From assembly GCF_003918875.1 (NCBI RefSeq), contig NW_025765292.1:744001-808000 (forward strand): a stretch of DNA of 64,000 nt, given 5' to 3'. Source of the stretch: Haliotis rubra. Its lineage: Eukaryota. Of this stretch, positions 1 to 11,959 are shown in pieces; within the stretch, counting starts at the first letter, position 1; every line of letters begins with the position of its first letter. Both the position numbers and the translations under genes were made by a program. The notes beneath the pieces are model-generated. The model saw only the letters and a list, made by a program, of their open reading frames with translations. It searched no databases and was not told the DNA's origin.

Positions 1-11
1 ACCAAGACAAC

Positions 12-1260
12 ATAGAACCAGGTTTCTACTCCCCAGTTTTCCTAGTTCCCAAGAAAAACTCCAAGGAGAAATACAGACTCATCTACAACATGAGCTTTTT
101 CAGCAAGAACTATCTCGCCAAACCACGAGAGTTCATGATACATTTACCTCAGATTCACGGCGGTTGATTGGCCCCATGGACTACATGGGCAGCATCGATC
201 TACAGGGCCAGCTTACCTGCACATCCCGATACCGCCAAAGCCAGGAAATACCTACGGTTTACCTTAGGCGGGCAACATTACCAGTGGAAAGTGCTCCCAT
301 TGAATATCATCAGCCCCTGGCTTTTCCGCGAGGATAGCGAAACCGATTATCACCTATCTTCATCATCAAAGGGAGACTACGCGAGTCGCGTTTTACCTCG
401 ACGAGCCGGGATACAAGTAGATCAAGATCCACAGCATCTCAAACTACAGTTAAATTACATCATAAAGCTACTAACACAGCTAGGATGGTTAGTAAACTTA
501 CTCAAGTCAGACCTAGTACCGTCACAAGACCTACAGTTCCTAGGCATTAGATTTATCACAAATCTCAACCGTGTCGTCAGTACCAGAAGACCGTTGGATC
601 AAGATCCAACAGACCATTCCACCAGCTCTCGGCTCTCCGTTACCGCCGACAATGGCAGAGCCTCCTAGGTCTCCTCACATCAGCCCAAGACATGACAGTC
701 AGAGGCAGGTTACAGTTACTACGTCCCTTACAGGTCTTCATCAATGCACATCTCGACGATTTACAGCCATTCAGTCTACGAAACATCTCAGACCTCATCT
801 ACTATGGTGGACAAAGAAATCGAATGTCTGCGAAGGGATTTGTTTAGCAGAGCAGGAATTCAAAACCCATCTATATATGTGGGCCAGCGTCACTTCAAGG
901 TTGGGGAGCTCATCTAAGCCAACCAAACGACATCGGGAATATGGAATCAACAAGAAAGCAAACTCCACATAAACAACTTAGAGATGAAAGCTGTAATCAG
1001 CGCATTCTACATTGGAGCACATTTCTACAAAATCGCGCCCTGATGATTCATACAGACAATTCCACAGTGGAGTTCTCGTAAACAAGCAAGGCTCAGCGAG
1101 ATCACTGAACCTTTTGAAACTAAGCTTTCCAGCTGTTCGATCTAACCCACGATCTAAATCTACAGATCAGAGCAGTTCACATTCCCGGAGCCAAGAATGT
1201 ACTAGCAGACGCGCTATCTCGGCCTCATCTACCATCACCGACAGAGTGGATGCTCAATAC
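12..1260 (+). pseudogene. DIRS reverse transcriptase and RNase H, frameshifted
   Basis: IEPGFYSPVFLVPKK..YRLIYNM from position 12; RKYLRFTLGGQHYQWKVLP; LGWLVNLLKSDLVPSQDLQFLG. RNase H motifs HINNLEMKAV, IHTDNSTV, VNKQGS and RAVHIPGAKNVLADALSR (1169-1222). Confidence 0.93.
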
Positions 1261-1299
1261 GGAAATATTTGCTCAGATAATCAAGCCGTTAGCAGCCGC

Positions 1300-1660
1300 T
1301 AATAGATCTATTAAGCCACAAGATTCAACAATCAGTTACCGACATTACGTGTCACCAATCCCAGATCCACAAGCGGGAAGCGGATTCTAAGTATATCTTG
1401 GGAAGGCCTCAGCGCGTGCAGCGTTTCCATGCGCCAGCAATAATACCTCAAGTATTACAGAAAATCAAACAAACACAGAGTCTACAACTCACTTTGGTCA
1501 CGCCCTACTGGCCAGCCAGAGTATGGTTTCCCAGTCTAATTCAAGAAATCGGTCAACCAGTATTAGAGCTACCCAAAGCTCAAACCTGTTAATACATCCA
1601 CACACAAAACAAGTGCATCGGAAACCCAGAAGTTTACCAACTTCACGTATGGACTGTATA
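1300..1660 (+). pseudogene. DIRS DNA N6-adenine methyltransferase-like domain, frameshifted
   Basis: IDL..ATRFNNQLP..YVSPIPDPQA..DSLSISWEGL..AFP..IIPQVLQKIK..LTLVTPYWPARVWF, typical of the MT domain that follows RNase H in DIRS1. Confidence 0.8.
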
Positions 1661-1665
1661 CAAAT

Positions 1666-2713
1666 GTGTTTAAACAAAGAGGATATTCTGCCAGGGCGGC
1701 AAAGCGGTCAACGCGCTACGACACTCAACTCGTGGCTTGTGCGGCGACAAGTGGCACAGTTTTGAAAATTATGCAGCTAATAAAGGATTTACAGCGAGGG
1801 ATGCTTCACATCCTCAAGTGGCAGACTATTTGTGTTACCTGCGCGCAAAACAAACATTTAAGAGGTTCGACGATATCAACATATCTTGCAGCTTAGCTCT
1901 GTGATTACTATGAGAGCGGGTGTCAAGCTGACAAAATCTCCAGAGTTACTGGCCTTACTCACGTGCTTTCGATTGGAGGACCAAAGCGGAAGTTCCACGC
2001 CCCAGCTTGGGATCTGAATAAAGTGTTACAACACCTCACAAGTGAGGCTTATGAACCCTTGGAATCGACAAACTTTGAATTTCTCTCACAGAAAACACTA
2101 TTTCTGCTATCTCTAGCCACGGCAGCAAGAATATCTGAAATTCAGCTCTGGATTACGAAAGGATACAGTTTGATGACAATCAAAACATAAGCACCTCGGA
2201 TTAAGATGGGATTTCATCGGCTAAAATCAACTACCAGGTCAACCAGACAGGTTATTCCATGTACCAGCTATCCTCCATTCTCGGATCACAAGATACACAA
2301 GACTTGTCACTGTGTCCAGTCAGAGCTCTCAAAGTTTACCTCTGACGATCCAAAACAAGGCGAAGATTTCTCAAAGATTATTCATCCCCTTATCATGTAG
2401 CGAATCAAACAGAAGTCTACATACTACCATATCTATTTGGATAAGGACTGTCATACTTCACGCATACAAGGCAGCAGGCTTGGACCCACCAACAGCATCA
2501 AATCCGCGTAGAGATTAGGGCACTAGCTTCCACCCTAAGCCCTGCGGTAACTGTTCATTGAACACTATTATGGAAGGATGCTTTTGGAAATCGAACATGG
2601 TGTTTCGCGAATCACTACTTGAGAGATATCACCACAGAAGATGTCTCTGGCATTCACCATTTCGACCCTTTGGTCCTCGGCTCAACAGCTGACAGTCCCT
2701 CGTGAAGCGTTAA
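1666..2713 (+). pseudogene. DIRS tyrosine recombinase, frameshifted
   Basis: PAWDLNKVLQHL..YEPLE..KTLFLLSLATAARISEIQ; CPVRALKVYL; TISIWIRTVILHAY; EIRALASTL; WKSNMVF..NHYL. Confidence 0.9.
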
Positions 2714-3095
2714 AATATTACAATCACAAAGTTAATATGTATTATATACATAATTTAGTTAGCTTATAACTCTGAGGAGTTCTAGAGCTATGTATATATA
2801 TTCAGCTTAGGTCTTTCACCCCTAAGTATATATGGACATTATATTTAGTTGTACAGCGACTCTATCAGAGTCACTTATGTATATATAATTTATGTAATGG
2901 GGTTTTCAATATATATCAATGTAATACACAATTATGGCATTATAAAACCTATGGTTATATACAGGGAATATCCTAAGTCTATGCCTTCATGAAGTTCCCA
3001 TACCAGTTATTACAGTTTATTTATACAAAATCACTAATTATAAATCCAAAGTATTCTGTTACTCCCTCCTCCGTTCCGTTGGAGGATTCTACAAA

Positions 3096-3174
3096 CAAAA
3101 GAGCATGAGTCAGGATAAGGAAAATATGTAATTTTTAGAATAAAATTGATATTTTATACTTATCCTGACTCATG
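3096..3174. repeat. DIRS internal complementary region (ICR)
   Basis: 3122-3174 is the reverse complement of 3422-3474. 3096-3119 (caaaagagcatgagtcaggataag) is directly repeated at 3414-3437. Confidence 0.9.
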
Positions 3175-3471
3175 AATCAACCCTCCCATCCTCCCCACGC
3201 AACACTTTGGATTTCCCTGTAAATTCAAGTGTTGGGCTCAAAAATCAGGAGAGAGTGAAGCCACGAGGTATGAGGTGGCGGCACCTTTCCGCCAAAAGGG
3301 ATCAAAGGGGAGCAACTTCGTGGTGAGTACTGATTAGTGATTTTACATTGAAGGGAGCTTCAATTAAGGAGATACAAGTGTTTCCACTATGTTCGCAAGA
3401 AGAAGAAGACAAGCAAAAGAGCATGAGTCAGGATAAGTATAAAATATCAATTTTATTCTAAAAATTACATA

Positions 3472-4565
3472 TTTAACCCAAAGAAATATATCCTAGCATT
3501 GTGTAATTTTAGTTACAGTTTTTGCTCTATAAATTAATTAAGATTACGATGTGTTATTTGTCTCGTACACAAAGCTGGAAATAGCAATCAGCTGTGCACC
3601 GCGTTTCCCCATGAACAAGTTCAAACATGCACAATAATATAGCGGGATGAATTCTATTGATTGAATACTATTATTTAACCAAAGAAATATATCCTAGCAT
3701 TGTGTAATAGTTTATATGTAAAAAATATATAATCAACACTAAGGTTATCACGGACCATCATGAGCGTGGTAAGCACGTGACATGGAGCAGTGATAATCAG
3801 TTTGTGATTGTTGAATGGGAATTAAAATAAGCAAGCCAGTTTGTTGCTACAATAAATATGATATTTAGAGAGCAAAATATATTATGCATTTTCTGTCAAC
3901 TACACTTCGTTTAGATCCATTGAGTAGACACAATATATATGACAGTGAATTCTTTGAATAATGTGGACCAAAGTTATAATTATTGGTAACTGCCAGTTGT
4001 CTGTGGGATGAGTTTGTGCGTGTTTATTGTTAGTGGACTATTTTTCTTATTGTCATATATATATAGATGAAATATGGACACTTAAATAATATATTTTGAA
4101 ACAAAAGTTGACTTCAGTTTTATTTACCGATGGTACTTTTTCTCTTGGGTTCACATTTCCATACTCACCGATTTAACAAAATGGCGTCGTTGTTGATCCA
4201 AGCAGTGATCGCCGGGATATAAAAGGAACACAAACACATGTTGCCACAATACACGGTTATCTTTATTATGTAATATTCTCACCAACACTTACGCTGTATA
4301 TCCACTTTCCAAATGGCGTCTCGTTGTTGATGCAAGCAGTGATCGTTAAAAAGGTAAACAAACGCCCGTAATCTTTGTTATGTAATATTCTCGTAATGGT
4401 GTCTCTCGCCGTTGATGGAACATACTTACGGGTACTCTGGTCTCTGTTGGCGCGACCCATCGCTGGGGCGGCTATCCATGAGAGATATGATTTTGACACT
4501 AATTTTGGGGGTCAAGTTTGGGGTCGGCTTATCCATGGGGTCGGCTTATAGACGGTCATATACGG
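3472..4565. mobile_element. Right part of a Tc2/pogo-like non-autonomous DNA transposon interrupted by the DIRS
   Basis: Ends ggggtcggcttatagacggtcatatacgg|TA, a CCGTA..TATAAGCCG-type TIR with a subterminal ggggtcggctta repeat. Internal direct repeats at 3471-3507/3673-3708 and 4179-4211/4311-4345. The left TIR is not in the window. Confidence 0.6.
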
Positions 4566-5130
4566 TATACCATTTGAGTGTATGTTGTTCATTTAATGAG
4601 CCATACTTTCAGTTAGATTAAATTTGAAATGTGTCCCCAAAAATGAACACCAAAATGGAGTGGAATAGCATGCAGGGGTTTCCATTCTTACAATGTACAT
4701 CAGTTGGACATACGAAGAATAATCAGTTTATTTTTTCAATAACACCTTATGTGTCTACTGATTAAAGTAATCTGTTCATATAATGATATTCACCTCAAGT
4801 CCTCCTTTTACGTTCAATGGAATCTGTTTTGGCGGATCTTAGAAATTAGTCATTTTCTGACATTTTCATTGTATCCTTCCCTTCATTGTGGTCATGTTGC
4901 CAATCATTGTTACCATCGTACCTGTTACTGGCCAAACACAATGTGACTAATATGCCAGAATCATTCTCTAGGAGCACAGCATGCCCAGGCAATAGGCAGT
5001 TTCTGTGGACTCTTTTGGAAATAGATGCACAAAGTTGAAATGAAACTGACCAGCAAGATTAGTATTTTTTGTTTGCTGCTAGTATGTTTGATATGAAATG
5101 CATCTGAAACACCGTATGATTTCTTATTAA

Positions 5131-5818
5131 AGTACTGTCGGAAATAGAAAAAAAATGTTTTTAGGCTGTTACTCTGTATCCCTAAAATTTACACAACTGC
5201 AAATAGCATATGTCGAAATATCCCACATCGGCCTAACTGGGCATTGAGTGGGATGTGTGGTAGGATATCCAGAGAAGCATGTTCACTCGTAAAATCAGGC
5301 AAAACTTAGAAAAATATGAATAGTTGCTGAAAACAATAGATCAGACTATAGATGGCAGTTAGGTCGCTCAGCCAGGTATGATGACTCACCTGGCATGAAA
5401 TGCATGTGCTTCCTACCGGCACAAGAGGTCATCTCAAAGATATGTTATGCTTTTTCATGTGTGTTGAATATGTCTCATCTATTGATAAACATCTTATGTG
5501 TCTTTCTTTCATAAGGTTTATGTTAAGATATGTAAAAGAGTTGATACCCATAGAAAAGCTTAAATCATCGCATACTAATTTGCATAAAGCCATGGTCTAT
5601 TCCAAATAAGTCGCTTTCGGATTAGAAAAAAACCCAAATTGCTCATTTCTACACTAATGTCTTCTCAGTAAAGTCCTTTGTATACGTTTCCTACCTCCCT
5701 ACCACAGAGACTGTAGTTAGGCCGAACTTAGGTTAACAGATATTTCACACTTTCACATATTAACTACATAAATTGTAGATATAAATGTGAAAAGTTATTT
5801 TCTATTTCCGACAGCACT
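5131..5818. mobile_element. Kolobok-like MITE
   Basis: TTAA|AGTACTGTCGGAAATAGAAAA ... TTTTCTATTTCCGACAGCACT|TTAG: a 21-bp TIR with 1 mismatch, AG..CT termini and a TTAA-like TSD. Confidence 0.75.
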
Positions 5819-5891
5819 TTAGATATTTATACTTCTGTTCTCAAAGTCTGTGTTAGTGTTGAGTTGAGCCCTGAAATGTCGTATATTGTAG

Positions 5892-6023
5892 ATATGGGAG
5901 AAGGTGAAAGTTGACCGTCCCAATGCTCCAGTATGGGAGACCAGTCAGATCATCGGACAGATGTGGAGAGGTCTCAGTGATGAAGAGAAGCGAGTCTATG
6001 TTGCTGAGTATGAAGCTGATAGG
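5892..6023 (+). CDS. Coding exon: HMG box of SMARCE1/BAF57 type (IWEKVKVDRPNAPVWETSQIIGQMWRGLSDEEKRVYVAEYEADR)
   Basis: ttgtag acceptor and gtgagc donor, 132 bp, phase 0/0. The 44 aa align without gaps to the BAF57 HMG segment [44 protein letters not shown] (recalled). Not in the ORF track. Confidence 0.9.
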
Positions 6024-6082
6024 GTGAGCTAACGCTTTGTGCGTGACTATTGGATGTGTCTTGACATTCACTGAGAGCATGA

Positions 6083-6680
6083 AGGTGATGACTTAATGGG
6101 ACATGGTGTGATGACTTCATGTTATGTGGTGTGCTGACTTGATCTTATTTGGTGTGTTTTACATCTGTGAAGGTGGTGACTTGATGTGATATGGTGTGAT
6201 AACTTGATGTGATATGGTGTGATAACTTGATGTGATATGGTGTGATAACTTGACATGATTTGGTGTGATAACTTGATGTGACATGGTGTGATAACTTGAC
6301 ATGATGTGATAACTTGATGTGATAACTTGATGTGACATGGTGTGATAACTTGATGTGATATGGTGTGATAACTTGACATGATTTGGTGTGATAACTTGAC
6401 ATGATTTGGTGTGATAACTTGACATGATATGGTGTGATAACTTGATGTGACATGGTGTGATAACTTGATGTGATATGGTGTGATAACTTGATGTGATTTG
6501 GTGTGATAACTTGACATGATTTGGTGTGATAACTTGACATGATATGGTGTGATAACTTGATGTGACATGGTGTGATAACTTGATGTGACATGGTGTGATC
6601 ACTTGATGTGACATGGTGTGATCACTTGATGTGATATGGTGTGATGACTTGACGTGATATAGTGTGATGACATGTGATAC
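6083..6680. repeat. 23-bp minisatellite (ggtgtgataacttgatgtgatat), >20 copies
   Basis: Direct tandem periodicity of 23 bp with degenerate edges. Confidence 0.95.
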
Positions 6681-7161
6681 TGATTGTTTTACCTGTATGG
6701 AAGATGTGTGGTACACTTACACAAACTATGAATGACATTCGAGGGGTTACATGAGCATGGAAGTAATGTTTAGTGTTTTATGGTATTTTTATACATATGA
6801 GTTTGTGGTACATGTGTGTAAACTGTGAAGTGATTGTTTTAAACTTGTGTGTGCTGTGTGAGCTTGAAGGTTATGTCTGTGGTGACAAGTGTTGATGCTC
6901 AGACACAAACCAGTTGCACATGTAACGGTAGTTATGAAATCTCTTCTTCCAATCAGCAAGGAGATACAATGTACCACTGGGATTGCTTTCAGGTACCATT
7001 CCACAATATCGCCATGGTTTTCTGAAAATGACATCACTCAGTGATGGTGTGTCAGAACTTACAAACAAATCATGTTGGATGAAGTGTATCAACTTGAAAA
7101 TAATCTGTTGAATCCTTTGATGTTTTTATAGTTTATAAAAGTAATTTAGAAATAAATGTTG

Positions 7162-7255
7162 CCAGATTGTCTGGTCCAGACACAATTATTTACAAACCAC
7201 CATCATGTGCTTGGTTGTTTTTGAGTGTGGCATTAAACATCAAACAAAATAAATA
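7162..7255 (+). mobile_element. Degenerate 3' fragment of SINE family B
   Basis: gattgtctggtccagacacaattatttaca..gagtgtggcattaaac matches the 3' half of the copies at 29478 and 37827. Confidence 0.65.
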
Positions 7256-10200
7256 AGAATAGAGCCCATACAAAAAATAGGCCATCACGCAAACCCCTCG
7301 TGATATAAATAGCATTTAGATGTTCATAGGGTCATGTTTTACATTGAAGTGTGGTTTAATTTTGAACCTCATAGATTCATCCTGTCTATAGATTTTGATT
7401 GACTTTTACAAAGTCAAACAGAAAATTCTTATGCGAAAAAAGGTTTGGGACATGAAGAATAGTATAAATGATTTCAGACTACATGTGAACTTTGTGTGCT
7501 TCATTTATGAAAGCTTTCAAGTCATCTTATACATGTTCTATAACTCAGGCACTTTTGATGTATTTGTCTGTATGAATGATTCATGCTGAAAGAGTTGTTA
7601 CATCAATGACAGTTTCCTTTCATCTATTTCATTTAGCAAAATATATGACAGTCTAAATTAAAATTATGTCCCGAGAGACGATGTCCATTATGGCTGAAAC
7701 TAAGATGTTGATAAACCACATAAATGCATGTGTGTTTTTTTAAATTTGAGAATATAAAAATCACAATAATAGCATCTTCCCTCTTCCCTGCTTAAAAAAT
7801 TAAATATCCTTAACCATATTAACAGATAGGTCACAAAGATTAGTTTTGTTGGTAATTACTCAAAAGTTCAAAATACATTAAATGAAACAAGAGTAAAATA
7901 ATTCAGTACAATTATCAGTCAGTCAAAGTTTTGTTTCATCTGATAGTGAAACAAGAAATAATTGATGAAAGTTCGTTGTAGATTTTAGAACCTTTTAAAT
8001 GGCAGATAATGTGTAACGGGGGACTAATGAGATTGGTTAATGTGTCAAGTTTTGACAAATAAAATCTTTCTTGAAGATACTTTTAATTTATTTCCATACA
8101 TGAGCATAAGGGCTTCTTTGTATCCTCAGAAACATTTCTCTCCCTGAATAACATTTGCATAGTATTACAGACATTATACTGTCATAAGTTTGTTATGTAG
8201 AAATCCCATCTGAATATTCATTTCTTCTAATGCTTCTAATTTTACAAACATCTGGTATTTTCACCATTTGATAAAGGAAACCTGCAGAAGAAATAGCAGG
8301 AATCATAATGAACTAAAGCCAAGGAAAGAGTGTAATCGGAAAGGGTGTAATTGTTTAAATTTAAAAAGACAAGTAGAATGACAGCAATAACACAGCTGCT
8401 TTAAGTTCTTCCACATAGTCTTATTAAACTGAAGTTTTGGGTGTTTGTCACTGTTTGAAGTGCAGTTTTGTGTGAGGGAATGAGTATGTGGAGATGAATG
8501 AGAGAAAATTCAACAAAACTTTTTTGTTTCTAATATCAGTTAGCATAGCCCTTCCTTTGAAATTTCAAATCTGTAGAGCCAACACTAGAAGAACAGTGTT
8601 TTTTCTTCATGTTTTGTATGTGCATGTAAATATGTGATGTAAGACTCTACATATTAAAATTGGAATTCTTTCTTTGTATTTTGTAACCTATTGTGATTAT
8701 ATACAAATACTCTTTGTCATCTCTTTTCATCTGATTATTGATTATATATATACTAATGACTGACAGCATGGTTAGTGAGATATGTAATTCTAGTGGGATA
8801 GTGTAACACAGTAGTTCTACATATCTCTCCACAGTGCAGGGAACATTTAGCTGTGTAATTATATCTAAAACTAGTCTCCATATGACTAAGATGTCAATGT
8901 GGATTGGAAACTGACTCTGATAGTTCAACTTATGCAGTGTTCAGTTGAAAGTGGGGCATCTTTTTCAATAATGATGCAAGAAGGACCACCCACATGCAGC
9001 AATTTATACTTCACAGGAATCTGCCATTGATCAAAATGCATTAATTTATGGCATTAATGTTTGTTGTTATTGTTATAGGCATTGAGCAGTGTGCACTTTT
9101 ATAAGGCAACTCTATCACAAAATATGACACTTTCATTTCATGCTCATATTTCAGTATGAGGACAAACAGTTTGTTGCAGTATTTGATCATGGCAGGATGT
9201 TTGATTGGCTGTTGTCAGTTATATATAAGAATTATATGTCAGTGTCTAAAAGTATCTGAAGAAGCAATTGAGATTTTTGCTGAAACAAAGTATTCAATAC
9301 AAAGGCAAACTTTACAAAGTGACAATCAAAGACTCCAATGCTCATGAGCTTGGGGATCAGCCAATTACACCATGCTTTCACAGTGGATGAAACATTGTCA
9401 CAGACTTAGCTCTTTCTCCAAGTGTTTGCTTTAGGTTTTATTCTGTTTGACCAAAATGGAAAATTGATGGCAATTGAATCTGCATAAACATGAACATGCA
9501 CTCCGACATGTTACACTGAAATATTGTGTGGACATGAAACACAAACTAGTAAACACATCTTTCAGGTATGTCACAGGAAGCATAGTTAAGGACCCCATCT
9601 CAAGTCAAAAACATCATATTTGTCTGCTTGAATGAACACTGGGTTGAAGGTTAACTGCATGTTCAGCAAGCTGACCACAACATTGGATTTTTAGTAGCAT
9701 GGAGCTTACTTTATTTCAAGCTGAAGCCAATATGAACACATGGATTTATCCTGGCCATCTGGCACTGTCAACTGACTGGCAGTGATCATCGACTGGAATA
9801 CACTCATCAGAGTTCACTTTGTGAAATAAAGGATCAAGGATTTCACACCTTGATATTTGTTGTATGTTTTTTTAGAACAAAATGTCAGAGTGAAGGTCAA
9901 AGTGTTACCGCATATACTGTCAACGAAACCATCAGAAGCAATATGTTGTACCAAAGAATGGAACACTGTTGAAAAGCATGCATGTATGGCATGCATGATA
10001 TGTTGTTGTGTATTTATATAATGAAGTTTACACTAAAACTGCATACATGTGCCAATTGTTCAGTTGTCTTGTCTAACATGTCTGTTAGTACAGTGATGTT
10101 CAAGATGTTATGTTTTTGATAATCTGTTACATGACCTGTACATACTGACTTGCCATGCTTATACAGCTGTGTCTTCATATTCAATGACACATTTAGCATT

Positions 10201-10663
10201 GTGTTGTCTCTCTACTCTATATGTACTAACAGCATATTTGACGAGTGTTTGAGATTAAGAAGTTGCTGGGAGTTTTGCATTTGGAGTAATGAAATGTAAG
10301 GACTCATTAAATCTTTTCAGTGATGGGTTAGGAAAGGACCCTTTACTTGCTTAATTTCAAAACATGGTTTCATGAACAGATTTAACCCAACAACAGACTT
10401 TGACCATGCAGAGAAGAGAAGGTGTATGTTCATCATTAACACCAGAGCATGCAGCACCCATTGCATGTATCTGTGTGGTGCTCCTGTATCACAGAAGGGG
10501 ACAGATGAAGCTACCAGAAGATGCCAGATATTCCATTTGATATGATGAATATCAATATCATCACCTTGTTGCTGAATATGATAACGCTTCACTAATTCTC
10601 TGACGTATACATTTGTGAATGGGAGGTAACATATACATGTGAGTAACCACTCTTTCTTTGCAG

Positions 10664-10739
10664 GAGGAATATAAGAAAGCATTTGAAGCATACCGGGTTG
10701 CTTTAGCCGATTACCAGGAAGCTGTAGGGGCTGCCCAAC
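10664..10739 (+). CDS. Coding exon: HMG helix 3 and extension (EEYKKAFEAYRVALADYQEAVGAAQ)
   Basis: Strong tctttctttgcag acceptor and gtaagc donor. Phase 0 in, matching the 5892-6023 exon; phase 1 out. Completes the HMG box (EY..A..AY). Confidence 0.88.
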
Positions 10740-11959
10740 GTAAGCTCTATGTCTCCATGTTGGCTCTGCTATCATTTAGTTTCTTGCTGTTTGGCAGTTG
10801 CAAGTTATTTAGTTTTAGTCCCAGAACCAGCTCTGTGTATCAGACCAGTACTTTCTGTTCATGTTGTTGAAATTGCTGTTGTTCAGATTGCCATGTAGTG
10901 ATTGTACAGTATTTGTGTTATAATGGATGAATATACCAAGGTGATTGTCATCATTAATGTATATCTAACCTCTTGCTGAACAAAATATGTAAGCGGTTAA
11001 CAGTCAGAATATAAAACTACTGAACTGTTCAATTGGTTAAAGTTCTTATGCTCATTTAACCAGGATCTTGATGTTTGCTACTGTTAATGTCATGTTGACA
11101 TGAAGTTTGAAGGCTTGGTCAAAGTGGCATGGACTAGTTACACTTCTCCTTCTTGCCCAGAGTCTATGAGATATACTAGGAAATATGACATCCAACTGAC
11201 AAGAAACATTAAGCATTTCTTCTGCTACCATCATGAAGTTGACGTTTCTGATTCACAGACTTTGCCATGATGATGATACATCAGGATATTGAATCAGTAT
11301 TTTGTCAAGGAGAACTCATGATGGTGTATCTTCCTGATTTATGGTCATATGATATGACAACCAAACTGACAGCCTTTATCTGACACCCCTGCCAGCAGCA
11401 ATCATTTCTTTCCACCACTATCTGACATTGGCATTTATGACACAATAGTTGTTATAAACATTTCACTCTGCAGTAGTAAAGACTTTTATCTGTTTGTAAG
11501 AAATTGAGTCTTTATGATGCAATGAAACTGTAGTCACAGTATTCCATGAGTCATAACTAAACTGGGAGGTGACACAACTGATGTCACACAACTCACAATC
11601 ACTTCACTCAGTATAATACAAGCTGCAACAATATTTGTACTTGTTTGATATTTCTCATTATTTGCTTTTTGTCAATGATTCTATGCAGCTTTTGATCAGC
11701 CATGAACTGACCTTATCTATATCATACCAACAGAGGATATTTTGACTTTTGCTTTGATCACAAGAAACCACAAGCAGACATCCTCAAATAGACATCTTGG
11801 GTGATGGACTCCATGGTAATATAGTTGTCAGACTGAATAGCAATGAAGCCGTGTCATGTCTGGGCAGCTGACAAGCTTTTTATAGTTTTGATGCATTGCT
11901 CTGAACACAGAGCCAACCAGTATACTCAGAGTGACTGAATGGAGGTCCTTTTAGTCATT

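Larger units (their letters stand above)
1..3474 (+). mobile_element. DIRS1-type tyrosine-recombinase retrotransposon (5' part lies outside the window)
   Basis: Frameshifted RT, RNase H, adenine-methyltransferase-like and tyrosine recombinase motifs occur in DIRS order. 3122-3174 is the exact 53-bp reverse complement of the terminal 3422-3474 (ICR and right terminus). The element ends in ...TACATATTT. Confidence 0.95.

Noticed and set aside
6122-6716. His/Ser-rich ORFs on the minus strand
   Set aside because: Artefacts of the 23-bp minisatellite.
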